From a virus (taxonomy: Duplodnaviria > Caudoviricetes), in the IMG/VR virus record IMGVR_UViG_3300033146_001792, positions 1 through 52,144 of that record: a DNA stretch of 52,144 nucleotides; one strand, given 5' to 3'. Position 1 is the stretch's first letter, and every line of letters starts with the position of its first letter. The position numbers and the translations under genes are program-made. The notes under the pieces were generated by a model. The model was not told where the DNA came from. It made no database searches and saw only the letters and a list, made by a program, of their open reading frames with translations. Below, one piece after another: positions 1 through 10,800 of the stretch.

Positions 1-210
1 ATTCATACACCACATTTCAATAAGAACGTATTCACCAAAAGTATTTTCCGGGTCTTCTCCAAAAAGATAATCAAAATCATAATCACTTTCTAAACGAGGC
101 ATATAATACATGTCAATGCCTCTTTGAAAAATAGTTTCACGAGTTAAATCATCAACAAGATTTTGTTCATTAGGTGCTGAAATATGTCTAAAATATGGTG
201 AAGTAGCCAT
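1..210 (-). CDS. gp14: Neck protein gp14-like (5' part; runs off the window start)
   Basis: Own translation from ATG at 210: MATSPYFRHISAPNEQNLVDDLTRETIFQRGIDMYYMPR...LFGED, the typical gp14 N-terminus; directly follows gp13. Confidence 0.85.
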   Translation of the reverse strand, partial: MATSPYFRHISAPNEQNLVDDLTRETIFQRGIDMYYMPRLESDYDFDYLFGEDPENTFGEYVLIEMWCMN

Positions 211-211
211 T

Positions 212-976
212 TTATCCTACAAAAAAGTCAACTGGAAGTTCATGAGCAACTGAAAAATCTTCTTCAATTCTCGTTTTTATTTCGTTATATCTATCATAAA
301 TTTTATCACCATCAAGAGTAATTCCGCCCGGTAACATTACTCCGTCAAATTTACTCATATTGATACCCCACTGAAGGCCGATAAGAGCTGTTGTATATTC
401 GATTAAAACAGGAGTTGTCCATACAGATTGGTGTGAATCTGGATCAATTAAACGATATGCTTCAAAAGCAATAATAGAATCAACAGCTACGTCAATATCA
501 TTTGTTTTACCCGGAATAATTAATCTATGAGTTCGGTAATTAAATTGTAATTCATTTTTTACGCTAAATATAAATTCAAGATTAGCTAAATATTGCATTG
601 CCATTGCGTAATTTGTCATTCCAGAAGAACAACCCATCATTCCAAAACCAATATCATAAGCAATTTTATACATACCTTGCCATATATTATTCATGAAGTT
701 TGTACTAAATAATTTAGCATTTTGCATTGCCATTTTTGTAATAGAAAAAATAGCAGGATCAACTATTAAATATCCATTATCAATATCTTTTTGCGTTACT
801 TTATGAAAATAGACAACTCGTTCAACAGCTTCATTATGATATAATTGATAAAAAGCAAGAGCTTGTTCAATACGGTCTTCAACCTGTTCATCTGCTACAT
901 TTATGTCGATTACAGGTGCTCCTAATTGTCGGAGGCAATAATCCTTAAATTCATCTCTATCTTGTGCCAGTGCCAT
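212..976 (-). CDS. gp13: Neck protein gp13
   Basis: YCLRQLGAPVIDINV N-terminus and QWGxNxSKFxGVxLPGGITLDG...ELPVDFFVG C-terminus characteristic of T4-like gp13. Confidence 0.92.
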   Translation of the reverse strand: MALAQDRDEFKDYCLRQLGAPVIDINVADEQVEDRIEQALAFYQLYHNEAVERVVYFHKVTQKDIDNGYLIVDPAIFSITKMAMQNAKLFSTNFMNNIWQGMYKIAYDIGFGMMGCSSGMTNYAMAMQYLANLEFIFSVKNELQFNYRTHRLIIPGKTNDIDVAVDSIIAFEAYRLIDPDSHQSVWTTPVLIEYTTALIGLQWGINMSKFDGVMLPGGITLDGDKIYDRYNEIKTRIEEDFSVAHELPVDFFVG

Positions 977-1004
977 TAAAAATCTCCTAATAAACTATTA
1001 CTAA

Positions 1005-1012
1005 TATTTATA
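1005..1012 (-). promoter_or_regulatory. T4-type late promoter TATAAATA for gp13/gp14
   Basis: Exact TATAAATA on the minus strand ~30 nt upstream of the gp13 start, with GGAG RBS between. Confidence 0.8.
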
Positions 1013-1023
1013 CATAAAAAACC

Positions 1024-1058
1024 TTGACATTCTATAACAAATGATTACATTATATAAT
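1024..1058 (+). promoter_or_regulatory. Sigma70-like early promoter
   Basis: TTGACA (1024-1029), 16 nt, TACATT, then TATAAT at 1053-1058; upstream of the + strand ORF at 1094. Confidence 0.55.
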
Positions 1059-1093
1059 GTAAGGGGGGGATTCTCCCAAAAGATAAATATATC

Positions 1094-1348
1094 ATGGAGT
1101 TCAAAATGAAATTTGATAAATGGTTTGATACATTTCTTGAAGAAAAAAACCTTCCATTTGAAACATGGGAACTTGTTGATAATAATGGTGATACCCATTT
1201 TATTGATACCGATGTTGTTATTGAAACTATCAAAAATTGTGGAAGTGCTGAAAAAGCTGGCATTAAGAATATGCTGGTAAAAATCGACTTCGTAAACGGC
1301 AATGTGAATGATTATTTCAAACACCTTGCTCATGCTCTTATTAACTAA
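1094..1348 (+). CDS. Hypothetical protein (84-85 aa), probably early-expressed
   Basis: Clean ORF after a sigma70-like promoter; the true start may be the second Met (GGAG just upstream of it). Confidence 0.75.
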   Translation: MEFKMKFDKWFDTFLEEKNLPFETWELVDNNGDTHFIDTDVVIETIKNCGSAEKAGIKNMLVKIDFVNGNVNDYFKHLAHALIN

Positions 1349-1357
1349 GGATATGAT

Positions 1358-1585
1358 ATGAAACCACTCACAATTGAAAATTTAAAAACTTTCAAAGAAA
1401 AATGTGAAAATACTGATAAAATTCTTCGTTTCACTGATTGCTATCTTGATCCAGAAACAATCAAGGAAGGATTAGAAAGTCTTATCGCAAAAATCAATTT
1501 TACATCAATGGGAATTGAAGAATTAACACCATCTGACCGTCTTCTTTTGATGTTGATAAATGCTCAAAGAGGTTTTCACTTCTAA
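1358..1585 (+). CDS. Hypothetical protein (75 aa)
   Basis: AAGGA RBS, same operon as 1094-1348, followed by a terminator. Confidence 0.7.
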   Translation: MKPLTIENLKTFKEKCENTDKILRFTDCYLDPETIKEGLESLIAKINFTSMGIEELTPSDRLLLMLINAQRGFHF

Positions 1586-1587
1586 TT

Positions 1588-1615
1588 AAAAAGCACCCTT
1601 CGGGGTGCTTTTTTT
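1588..1615. terminator. Bidirectional intrinsic terminator with UUCG tetraloop
   Basis: AAAAAGCACCC-TTCG-GGGTGCTTTTTTT between convergent genes. Confidence 0.9.
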
Positions 1616-1748
1616 ATACTCCAAAAATAGTAGGAAGATATTGATAATAATTTGACCATTGATAAAACCATTGAACAACATTATCTTCTTCAACAAATGT
1701 AAGAAGAGTAAAACCTAATACAAAAAACATAAAGTTAATTACCCACAT
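1614..1748 (-). CDS. Small membrane protein (44 aa; not in ORF track)
   Basis: Own translation MWVINFMFFVLGFTLLTFVEEDNVVQWFYQWSNYYQYLPTIFGV; fills the gap before the terminator and overlaps the upstream gene end. Confidence 0.45.
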   Translation of the reverse strand: MWVINFMFFVLGFTLLTFVEEDNVVQWFYQWSNYYQYLPTIFGV

Positions 1749-2032
1749 AATAATTTTTCCTCGTCTAATTTATGATCTCCGCACCAATCATGAGGAAAAA
1801 CTGCCGGATACCCTTTCATAGTAGGTGCGCTTCTTCTACAACGTCCAATTTCAACTGAACCAGAAACTTCCATAGGTGTTTTCTTTCTTACATAATACAT
1901 GCACGTTCTACATTTCATTTCAGCAGAACGATGTTTCCATGGATCATTATTTTCATTATCACGATAACCCCGCATAGCATTTCTTGCTCCGGGGTTAATT
2001 TGATTTTGATCATACCAATTTTTTGATTCCAT
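1739..2032 (-). CDS. Small Cys-rich hypothetical protein (CxxC...C...WC)
   Basis: AGGAG RBS; CRTC...GRCRRxxP...DWCG motif. Confidence 0.75.
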   Translation of the reverse strand: MESKNWYDQNQINPGARNAMRGYRDNENNDPWKHRSAEMKCRTCMYYVRKKTPMEVSGSVEIGRCRRSAPTMKGYPAVFPHDWCGDHKLDEEKLLCG

Positions 2033-2054
2033 TTTTTTCTCCTTTTATTTTAAA

Positions 2055-2552
2055 TTATGAACTAGTTGCACTAAAATCGTATTGAACTTCTACAGTATCA
2101 CCAGAAGTAACAGGTTTATCACCATTAGAAAAAGCACTTGCCGCTAATAGAAGACCTGTTGTACCAGTGTCAGCAGACGTAATAAACGCCCCTCCTACGG
2201 TTGCTGTTGCATTTATAGAGTAAACAGCCTTTGAAACTGAATTGTCCACTGTAAGGCCAGTACGGGCCGCTGTGAAGGCTTGTCGTGTCGTTTCATCATA
2301 ATCAGCAACTTCTGCCCATCCAGCATGAGAACCAAGAGTATCACCTGCTACAATTGTTGGTGTTCCGTCAGTCAATCCAAGATAATAATTAGGATTAGCT
2401 ATTACTCCACCAAGAGAAAATAAACCATCAAGAATATGTTCTAATCCAACTGTTACTACAAGATTCTTTGAACGTTCTTGCCATTTCATTTTACCATATT
2501 TATCGTAACATGTCACTAAAAACACGCCACCTAATTTAAATTTATCTTTCAT
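2055..2552 (-). CDS. Putative virion structural protein
   Basis: AGGAG RBS, late promoter upstream; NLVVTVG.../GAFITS...GLLLAASAF pattern seen in phage tail-associated proteins. Confidence 0.7.
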   Translation of the reverse strand: MKDKFKLGGVFLVTCYDKYGKMKWQERSKNLVVTVGLEHILDGLFSLGGVIANPNYYLGLTDGTPTIVAGDTLGSHAGWAEVADYDETTRQAFTAARTGLTVDNSVSKAVYSINATATVGGAFITSADTGTTGLLLAASAFSNGDKPVTSGDTVEVQYDFSATSS

Positions 2553-2578
2553 TTTTTTCTCCTTAAAGATTATATTAA

Positions 2579-2586
2579 TATTTATA
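2579..2586 (-). promoter_or_regulatory. T4-type late promoter TATAAATA
   Basis: Exact motif 27 nt upstream of the 2552 start. Confidence 0.75.
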
Positions 2587-2590
2587 CCTT

Positions 2591-4642
2591 TTATTTTTTC
2601 TCAATTATTTTTGAATTTGTAAGTCTAATAACATCTGTTCCTGAATATAAATCTGGATTATCAGTTATTAACGTACATTTATTTTTAAGGGATAAATATT
2701 TTGTAGTATCATATTCGTTATCATTTTTAATTTCTATTGATGAATTATTTTTCAATAAAATACTATATGATTTTTCATTATAATTTTCTATATCAAATAA
2801 AACATGTGAATTATTTGATATTTCTAAAGAATTACTATTCCAATGGTTATATGTAATATCCTCATTAAATGATGGTTCTAATTCACAGTCAGTAAATTTT
2901 ATATTTGAATTGTTTTTTATTTCAAAACATTTTATTGGATGGTCTTTTGGAATATCTGTTAATGATGAATCTTGATTTTTTTTATAAACATGAGATATAA
3001 TTCTCATTTTTTTTATATCTTTAATACTATTACCATCCGTTAAACTCAATACTTCTTTAGACAATTTATCAACTTCACTACCATCTATATAATATTGATA
3101 ATAATCGTTATTTGATTGATTAAAAATATTTACATCTGTATTGTTACCTAAACTTAACTGTCCACGACCATTAGAACCAGTACCCCAAAGTGATTTATTA
3201 GTTTTATTAACCATAGAATGATTCCCATTACAATCAATACTAATCCAATCATTATCAGTTCCAGATTTAACAAAAATAATACGTTCTACATTATCACCTA
3301 AACCTAATTGGCCTGAATGATTATTACCAGTACCCCAAAGAGTTCCATCTTGCTTGATTGATATTGAATGTTCAAATCCACATGCAACTTGTTTCCAATC
3401 ATTATCAAGACTTATTTCTTGAGTAAAAATAAATTTATTAATTCTATCATTCGTTCCTAATTGACCAAATCTGTTACTACCAGTTCCCCAAAGAGTGCCG
3501 TCAGATTTTATTGCCATTGAATAATAATCACCACAAGCAACTTGAACCCAATTAGTATCAAGTCCTATTTCTTGAGTAAAAATAGTTTTAGATACATATA
3601 AATTCAATCCTAACTGTCCATAACCACCATGTCCGGTGCTCCAAATAGTCCCATTTGTTTTTAATGCTATTGAATGCCAATCACCACAAGATATACTATC
3701 CCAATCATTATCAGTTCCTACTTGAGTAAAAATATTCCGATCTGTATTATCACCTAAACCTAATTGTCCATAATAATTATATCCAGTAGCCCAAAGAGTA
3801 CCATCTTGTTTAATTGCTATTGTAAAATCACTACCACCATCAACTTGTTTCCAATCATTATCAGTTCCTACTTGAGTAAAAACATTTCGATTTACATTAT
3901 CACCTAAACCTAATTGTCCATAATAATTATATCCAGTAGTCCAAAGAGTACCATCTTGTTTAATTGCTATTGAATGATTACCACCACCAGTCACACTGAC
4001 CCAATCATTATCAGTTCCAGATTGAATAAAATTATTAACAGATTCAGAATCTACTCCTAATTGACCGAGACCATTAACACCAGTTCCCCATAAAGTACCA
4101 TCCTGTTTGATTGCCATGGTATGATAATATCCACAACTTACATAAACACTATAAAATTTATCATATATTAATTGTTTATAATAATCTAAATAATATTTTT
4201 TAGAAATATAATATCCTTGCCCATCAATCATAATTCTATGTCCATATGGATGATTTAAAGATACTGGATCATGCAAAATAATTTCATTGTTATGCATGAT
4301 AATAGTCACAATAGCATCTTCAGAAATTACTTTACAATTTTCTCGTAACCATTCAAAACATTTGTTTAAATTCTCAAATTCTCTACCAAAACCAACATCA
4401 AAAGTAGTATCAACTGTAATAATATCACACTGACCACCAGCTTCCCCATTAACCCATTTTTGCTTAGATTCATCATAAACCAAAATCTCTCCATCTTGAA
4501 CATTATTTATTTCTACATCATATAAATCCGTAAGATCAGTAGCGACAATTTTATCATTTTTTCGTATCTCAGTATCCATGAAGTCAAAAGATGTACTATG
4601 ATGCCCTTCTGTGTTGTTAGGGTTGTACTCCATTTTTGTCAT
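2591..4642 (-). CDS. Fibre/receptor-binding-like protein with one RCC1/BLIP-II 7-bladed propeller
   Basis: 7 repeats of CGxxHSxAIKxDGTLWxTGxNxxGQLGLG; N-terminal motif shared with the two upstream paralogues. Confidence 0.85.
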   Translation of the reverse strand: MTKMEYNPNNTEGHHSTSFDFMDTEIRKNDKIVATDLTDLYDVEINNVQDGEILVYDESKQKWVNGEAGGQCDIITVDTTFDVGFGREFENLNKCFEWLRENCKVISEDAIVTIIMHNNEIILHDPVSLNHPYGHRIMIDGQGYYISKKYYLDYYKQLIYDKFYSVYVSCGYYHTMAIKQDGTLWGTGVNGLGQLGVDSESVNNFIQSGTDNDWVSVTGGGNHSIAIKQDGTLWTTGYNYYGQLGLGDNVNRNVFTQVGTDNDWKQVDGGSDFTIAIKQDGTLWATGYNYYGQLGLGDNTDRNIFTQVGTDNDWDSISCGDWHSIALKTNGTIWSTGHGGYGQLGLNLYVSKTIFTQEIGLDTNWVQVACGDYYSMAIKSDGTLWGTGSNRFGQLGTNDRINKFIFTQEISLDNDWKQVACGFEHSISIKQDGTLWGTGNNHSGQLGLGDNVERIIFVKSGTDNDWISIDCNGNHSMVNKTNKSLWGTGSNGRGQLSLGNNTDVNIFNQSNNDYYQYYIDGSEVDKLSKEVLSLTDGNSIKDIKKMRIISHVYKKNQDSSLTDIPKDHPIKCFEIKNNSNIKFTDCELEPSFNEDITYNHWNSNSLEISNNSHVLFDIENYNEKSYSILLKNNSSIEIKNDNEYDTTKYLSLKNKCTLITDNPDLYSGTDVIRLTNSKIIEKK

Positions 4643-7600
4643 GGTTGTAATACTCCATTTATGATATATGTTGATTCATAATTATTAACTGTTGGATATA
4701 CTGACGGTTCTTGCGAAATAATTAAAGTAGAATTGTTTTTTATTTGCCATTCCATTTGTTCTGTAATAGATAAATCAACATTCATAAAAGAATTGTCTAT
4801 TGATACTTGATTCAATTCATTGCATTTAGAATTTATTATTGATTTATTTTCACAATTTATTGAATAATTATTCAGATATGTTATTGAGTATAGTTTTCCT
4901 TCAACGAGTTCTTTAGTCATAATTTTTGTATCTTGATCAAAAAATACATTTGACATTGACAAAGATGAATTGTTTTTTATATCTGTATGTTTAATATCAA
5001 CTGAATAATAAAATACATTAAAATTGTTAGAAGAAATACCATTAATAGTAATACCACCATCAGAATATGTAGTGTCATATATAAAATCTAATTCATACTC
5101 TCCTAATCCCAATGCTCCATATTTATTATTACCAAATACCCATAAAGTTCCTTTTGAACCATATGATTTTATCACATAAGAAACCCAATATCCACAAATA
5201 AATATATCAAAATCGTATGAAATGTTATGATTAGTGTATATATTTACCTTAGTTGGTAATTGCCCCCATCCCATTTCTCCTTGATCATTACTTCCAGTAC
5301 CCCAAACAGTACCATCTGTTTTTATTGCTATTGTATGAATTGCTCCACAAGAAATTTCTTTCCAATCATTATCAAGACCTATTTCTTGAGTAAAAATATT
5401 CCTATATGTAGTAGGCCCCTCATCACCCAATCCTAATTGTCCCCAATAATTATTGCCAGTACTCCAAAGAGTTCCATTTGATTTTATTGCAACTGAAGTT
5501 TGACTTTTACAATCGAACTGAACCCAATCAGTATCTATTCCTATTTTAGTAAAAATATTTCTATCAGTATTATCACCTAATCCTAACTGCCCTTGATCAT
5601 TATTACCAGTACCCCAAAGAGTGCCGTCAGATTTTATTGCCATTGAATAATAATCACCACAAGCAACTTGAACCCAATCAGTATCAGTTCCTATTTGTAT
5701 AAATGTATTATAATAATTATCAGTTTGACCTAAACCTAATTGACCCTCATAATTACGACCAGCACCCCAAAGAGTGCCGTCAGATTTTATTGCCATTGAA
5801 TGACTTTCACCACAAATAATATATTTCCAATCATTATCATTTCCTACTTTAGTAAAAATATTTCGATCATTATAATCACCCAATCCTAACTGACCAGATA
5901 TATTTCTACCAGTAGCCCAAAGAGTTCCATCTAATTTGATTGTCATTGTATGACCCGCTCCACAGCCAATCACTTTCCAATCGTTATCGGTTCCTATTTC
6001 TTGAGTAAATACATATCGTCTTGTTTCATCACCCAATCCTAAACATCCATAATAATTATTACCAGTCCCCCAAAGAGTACCGTCTGATTTTAATATCATA
6101 GAGAATGATTGGTGTCCAGTTACATGAACAATATTTCCTTTATCTTCGATAATAACAAAAGAATCATTTTGGTATATTAAATAATTATCAAAAATAACAT
6201 TTTTTATTTCTTTTAAAGAATGATTATCAGTTAATAATAATTTTGAATAATATGTTGATTTGACGGATACAATAAAAATATTTCGATCTGTATTATCACC
6301 CAATCCTAATTGACCATAATAATTATAACCAGTACTTAAAATTGTTCCATCTGATTTAATTGTCATTGAATGATTTTTTCCACTAACAATCAAAATATAA
6401 TCAGTATTAATTCCAACTTGTGTAAAAAAATTTCGATTTGTATTATCACCTAAACCTAATTGCCCACCTTGATTGTCACCTACAACCCAAAGAGTTCCAT
6501 CTGATTTAATTGTCATTGAGTTATCGCCACCACAAATAACATGAATCCAATCATAATCAGTTCCAACTTGAGTAAATGTATTTCTATTAGTATTATTACC
6601 TAAACCTAATTGACCATAATAATTATAACCAGTAGCCCAAAGAGTTCCATTTGATTTTATCGCTAATGTATGTCTTGTACCACAAAAAACTTTATTCCAA
6701 TTAATATCAATTCCAACTTGAGTAAATACAGTTCGATCTGTTTCATCACCCAAACCTAATTGACCTCTAAGGTTTCGACCAGTACCCCAAAGAGTTCCAT
6801 TTGATTTTATTGCCATCGAAAAAAACTCACCACTACAATTAACATAAGCCCAATCAGTTTCAAGTCCTATTTCTTGTGTAAAAAAATTTCGATTCGTGGT
6901 ATCACCTAAACTTAAACTACCCGAACGATTATCACCCGTACCCCAAAGAGTTCCATTTGATTTTATTGCCATCGAATGGTTACTACCACAATCAACTTGA
7001 ATCCAATCACCATCAGTACCAACTTGAGTAAATATAGTTCGATCTGTATTATCACTTAATCCCAATTGACCTCTAAGGTTACTACCAGTTCCCCAAAGAG
7101 TTCCGTTAGATTTTATTGCCATTGAATAATAATCACCACAAGAAACATAAGTCCAATTATTATCAGTTCCAATTTTAGTAAATGTGTTTATATCTGTAAT
7201 ATCATCTAAACCTATTTGACCAACACTATTATCACCTACACCCCAAATGGTGCCATCTGATTTTAATGCTATTGAATGATTACCACCACAAGAAATATAA
7301 ATAAAATCAGACATATATGACTTGTTTATTATTCTATTACCGTTACCATTAATAGAAATATTATGTCCCTGAAGATGATTTAAACTTATATAATCAGTTA
7401 AAGTAACATCTGATAATAATTCAATAGTAAGTGTAATTTCATCTGGTATTACCTTACAATTATTTAAAAATTCAAGACAATCTTCCAAATATAAAAAAGG
7501 ATCTCTATATGTTCCATCACCATTTGATGTATCGTTTTGTTTTACAAATACAGAGTGTTCAGTATAACCACGATTTCTTTCATCATATCCTATAAAAATA

Positions 7601-7827
7601 TTACAAGATGAACCAGCCCCCTCTCCGGGCTTCCAAATACCATCAACATCGTCATATACAAGAGCATCCCCTTGATTTGGAGTTTCATTTTCTGGATATG
7701 TATCGTACAAATCAACTAAATCAGTGGCAACAATTTTATCACCTTTTTTAATCTCAGTATCAATAAAATCTATAGACGTTGGATATGCCCCTTCTGTATT
7801 ATTTGCGTTATATTTAAATGATGGCAT
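4639..7827 (-). CDS. Fibre/receptor-binding-like protein with two RCC1/BLIP-II propellers
   Basis: 14 RCC1 repeats in two blocks of 7; shared N-terminal YNxNNTEG...KIVATDLVDLYD. Confidence 0.85.
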   Translation of the reverse strand: MPSFKYNANNTEGAYPTSIDFIDTEIKKGDKIVATDLVDLYDTYPENETPNQGDALVYDDVDGIWKPGEGAGSSCNIFIGYDERNRGYTEHSVFVKQNDTSNGDGTYRDPFLYLEDCLEFLNNCKVIPDEITLTIELLSDVTLTDYISLNHLQGHNISINGNGNRIINKSYMSDFIYISCGGNHSIALKSDGTIWGVGDNSVGQIGLDDITDINTFTKIGTDNNWTYVSCGDYYSMAIKSNGTLWGTGSNLRGQLGLSDNTDRTIFTQVGTDGDWIQVDCGSNHSMAIKSNGTLWGTGDNRSGSLSLGDTTNRNFFTQEIGLETDWAYVNCSGEFFSMAIKSNGTLWGTGRNLRGQLGLGDETDRTVFTQVGIDINWNKVFCGTRHTLAIKSNGTLWATGYNYYGQLGLGNNTNRNTFTQVGTDYDWIHVICGGDNSMTIKSDGTLWVVGDNQGGQLGLGDNTNRNFFTQVGINTDYILIVSGKNHSMTIKSDGTILSTGYNYYGQLGLGDNTDRNIFIVSVKSTYYSKLLLTDNHSLKEIKNVIFDNYLIYQNDSFVIIEDKGNIVHVTGHQSFSMILKSDGTLWGTGNNYYGCLGLGDETRRYVFTQEIGTDNDWKVIGCGAGHTMTIKLDGTLWATGRNISGQLGLGDYNDRNIFTKVGNDNDWKYIICGESHSMAIKSDGTLWGAGRNYEGQLGLGQTDNYYNTFIQIGTDTDWVQVACGDYYSMAIKSDGTLWGTGNNDQGQLGLGDNTDRNIFTKIGIDTDWVQFDCKSQTSVAIKSNGTLWSTGNNYWGQLGLGDEGPTTYRNIFTQEIGLDNDWKEISCGAIHTIAIKTDGTVWGTGSNDQGEMGWGQLPTKVNIYTNHNISYDFDIFICGYWVSYVIKSYGSKGTLWVFGNNKYGALGLGEYELDFIYDTTYSDGGITINGISSNNFNVFYYSVDIKHTDIKNNSSLSMSNVFFDQDTKIMTKELVEGKLYSITYLNNYSINCENKSIINSKCNELNQVSIDNSFMNVDLSITEQMEWQIKNNSTLIISQEPSVYPTVNNYESTYIINGVLQP

Positions 7828-10800
7828 CGTTCACAATTATTGTTGAATTTTCATTTTCAATATCGATTATATGATTTGATTTTGTATCGATAATTACATT
7901 TGAATTGTTTTTAGCTGACCATTTTTCTATATCGTACTCTAAATTTGGTATTTCAACTGTACTATTCATATCAATTTTTACATTATTTGGAATTAAATTT
8001 TCAAATATTCCTACAGCAGAATATAATTTAATTGATTTATTATTCAAATATATTACTGAATATAATTGTTTTTTAATATTTCTTTTAATCATTTTTTCTT
8101 GAGAATGATCGAATTGATTATTTAATAGTAACATAGTTGAATTATTTTTAATTTCTAAATTAAAAATATCAATTAAATAATAAGATGTATTATTTTCGTC
8201 TAATATTACTCCATCAATATATATTGCTTCATAATATTTATCAATATAAGGATTAGGAAAAACAGTATCTTGATATCTTTTTCCTCCATGAATATACATT
8301 TTTCCTTTATAAACAGACATGACATGTTTTTTTCTTACTGCTTGCGTCCAGCTACTAACATTTTTTGGCCCTGCATATTTCCATTCGTCTTCATCATCTA
8401 AATTATAATAAGAACCAGAATATACCCAAAATTCTCCACTTGCTCCACCAAAAACATGTAATTTATTACCAATAACACATGATGTATGCTGAGTTAGATT
8501 GCCAGAACGATAATTTTGTAATTTTGTCCATTCTCTAGTTTTTATATTAAATTTATGAAAATCACTTTTTGCACCCATTTCGTCTACACCGTAATTACCT
8601 CCAAGAATATATAAATTATTATTGTACATTCCTGATGAAGCTCCTTTTCTGCCTTGATAATTTTCTGGTGGGCCATATATCGTTTCATTAGTATTTGTTG
8701 ATAATTTATAAATACTTAAACTATTGATTGCTACATTTTCATAACCACCATAAATATATAATTTTCCATCATTATATTCCATAGTAGCATCTCGTCTAAA
8801 TGTTGTATTTCCAATACGACTTAATGTGTCTGTATCTATATTATACACGTATATATTATTAGTTCCTTGTATGTATATTTTATTTCCATTTATACACGAA
8901 GATGGTTTAATTGTATCATGAGAACTGTGTGTATATTCATCCCATGTTTTTGTTATAAAATCAAAAGAATAAAAACGTATATAAGTAGAATATCCTTTCA
9001 TAATATACATTTTATCACCATATACTTGAGAAGTACAATATTCTAATGGATCAGGTGATGGCGTATTTAGAAAATCTAAATAAAAATTCATTCTATACGT
9101 CAAACTGTCATATCGAAGATCATTTTTCAATTTGCAATTAGTTATTCCTTTTAAAGAATGATTATCAAAAAGTTTTAAATTTGAATAATCTGTTGATTGA
9201 GTAGCTTTATTAAAAATATTTCGGTTTGTTTTATCACCTAAACCTAATTGTCCTGAATTATTATTACCTGTATCCCAAATATTACAATTTAATTTTAATG
9301 CTAATGAAAAACTAACACCACAAGCAACTTGAATCCAATCATTATCAACTCCAACTTGAGTAAAAACATTTCGATGTGTATTATCTCCTAAACCAAGTTG
9401 ACCAAGATTATTATAACCAGTACACCAAAGATTACCATCTGATTTTATTGCCATTGTATGCATATAACCACCAGCAACTTGTTTCCAATCAGTGTCAAGT
9501 CCTATTTCTTGAGTAAAAACATTTCGATCTACATTATCACCTAAACCAAGTTGACCATAATGATTTTGACCTGTACTCCAAAGTGTTCCATCTGATTTTA
9601 ATGATATTGAATGGTTTCCACCACAATCAACTTGATCCCATTTATCACTTATACTTTCTTCTTGAGTAAATATAATTTTATAAAAATAACCACCACCTAT
9701 ACCTAATTCACCATAATGATTAGTACCAGTGCCCCAAAGAGTTCCGTTAGATTTGATTGCTAATGTATGATAATCACCACAAGCAACTTGAACCCAATTA
9801 GTATCAAGTCCTATTTCTTGAGTAAAAACATTTCGATCTGAATCCTGTCCATAATCATCTAAACCTAATTGACCCCAATGATTATCGCCAGTACCCCATA
9901 GAGTTCCATTTTCTTTTATTGATATTGTATAATATTCACCACAAGCAACTTGAATCCAATCATTATTAGTTCCAACTTTATTAAAAATATTTCGATTTAC
10001 ATTATCACCTAAACCTAATTGTCCTTGAAGATTACGTCCAGTACCCCAAAGAGTTCCGTCTGATTTAATTGCCATTGTATGATGAAGACCACAAGCAACT
10101 TGATCCCAATCAGTATCATTTCCAACTTGAGTAAAAATAACTACATTATCAATATTACCTAAACCAAGTTGACCAAAATTATTATTACCAGTAGCCCAAA
10201 GAGTTCCGTCTGATTTAATTGCCATTGAATGTTCGTTACCACATGAAAAATGAATAAATTCAGAAATATCGGCTTCATTTATCAAAGAATAACCATTACC
10301 AATAATCTCGATATTATTTCCATAAGGATGATTTAATGAAACCGGAGTATCAATATTTTGATCTGATAATAAATAAACTGAAAGTGTTATATCTTCTGGA
10401 ATGACGACGCATGTGTTTCTTAGCCATTGGAACGCATCTTGAATTGATTGAAATGGTGTTTCATATTGTCCTTCTCCGGGTGTTGTTGTATTTTGATCTA
10501 TAAAAATTGAATTATAAAGATTTATAAAAGGTTGTGTAAACAAAGTCACATTCGGATATACATCACCCAAACCTAATTTACCATCAACATTACTTCCAGT
10601 ACCCCATAAAGTTTTGTCTGTTTTAATCGCAATAGTATGATAATATTGACCCGAAACTTGAACCCAATCAGTATCAGTTCCAACTTTAGTAAAAACTATT
10701 CGATCTGTATTATACCCATCATCACCTAATCCTAATTGTCCATTATAATTATTACCAGTACCCCAAAGAGTTCCATTTGATTTTATTGCCATTGAATGTT

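Noticed and set aside
1001-1333. Minus-strand ORFs 1001-1333 and 1045-1302
   Set aside because: Antisense to the promoter-supported + strand gene 1094-1348
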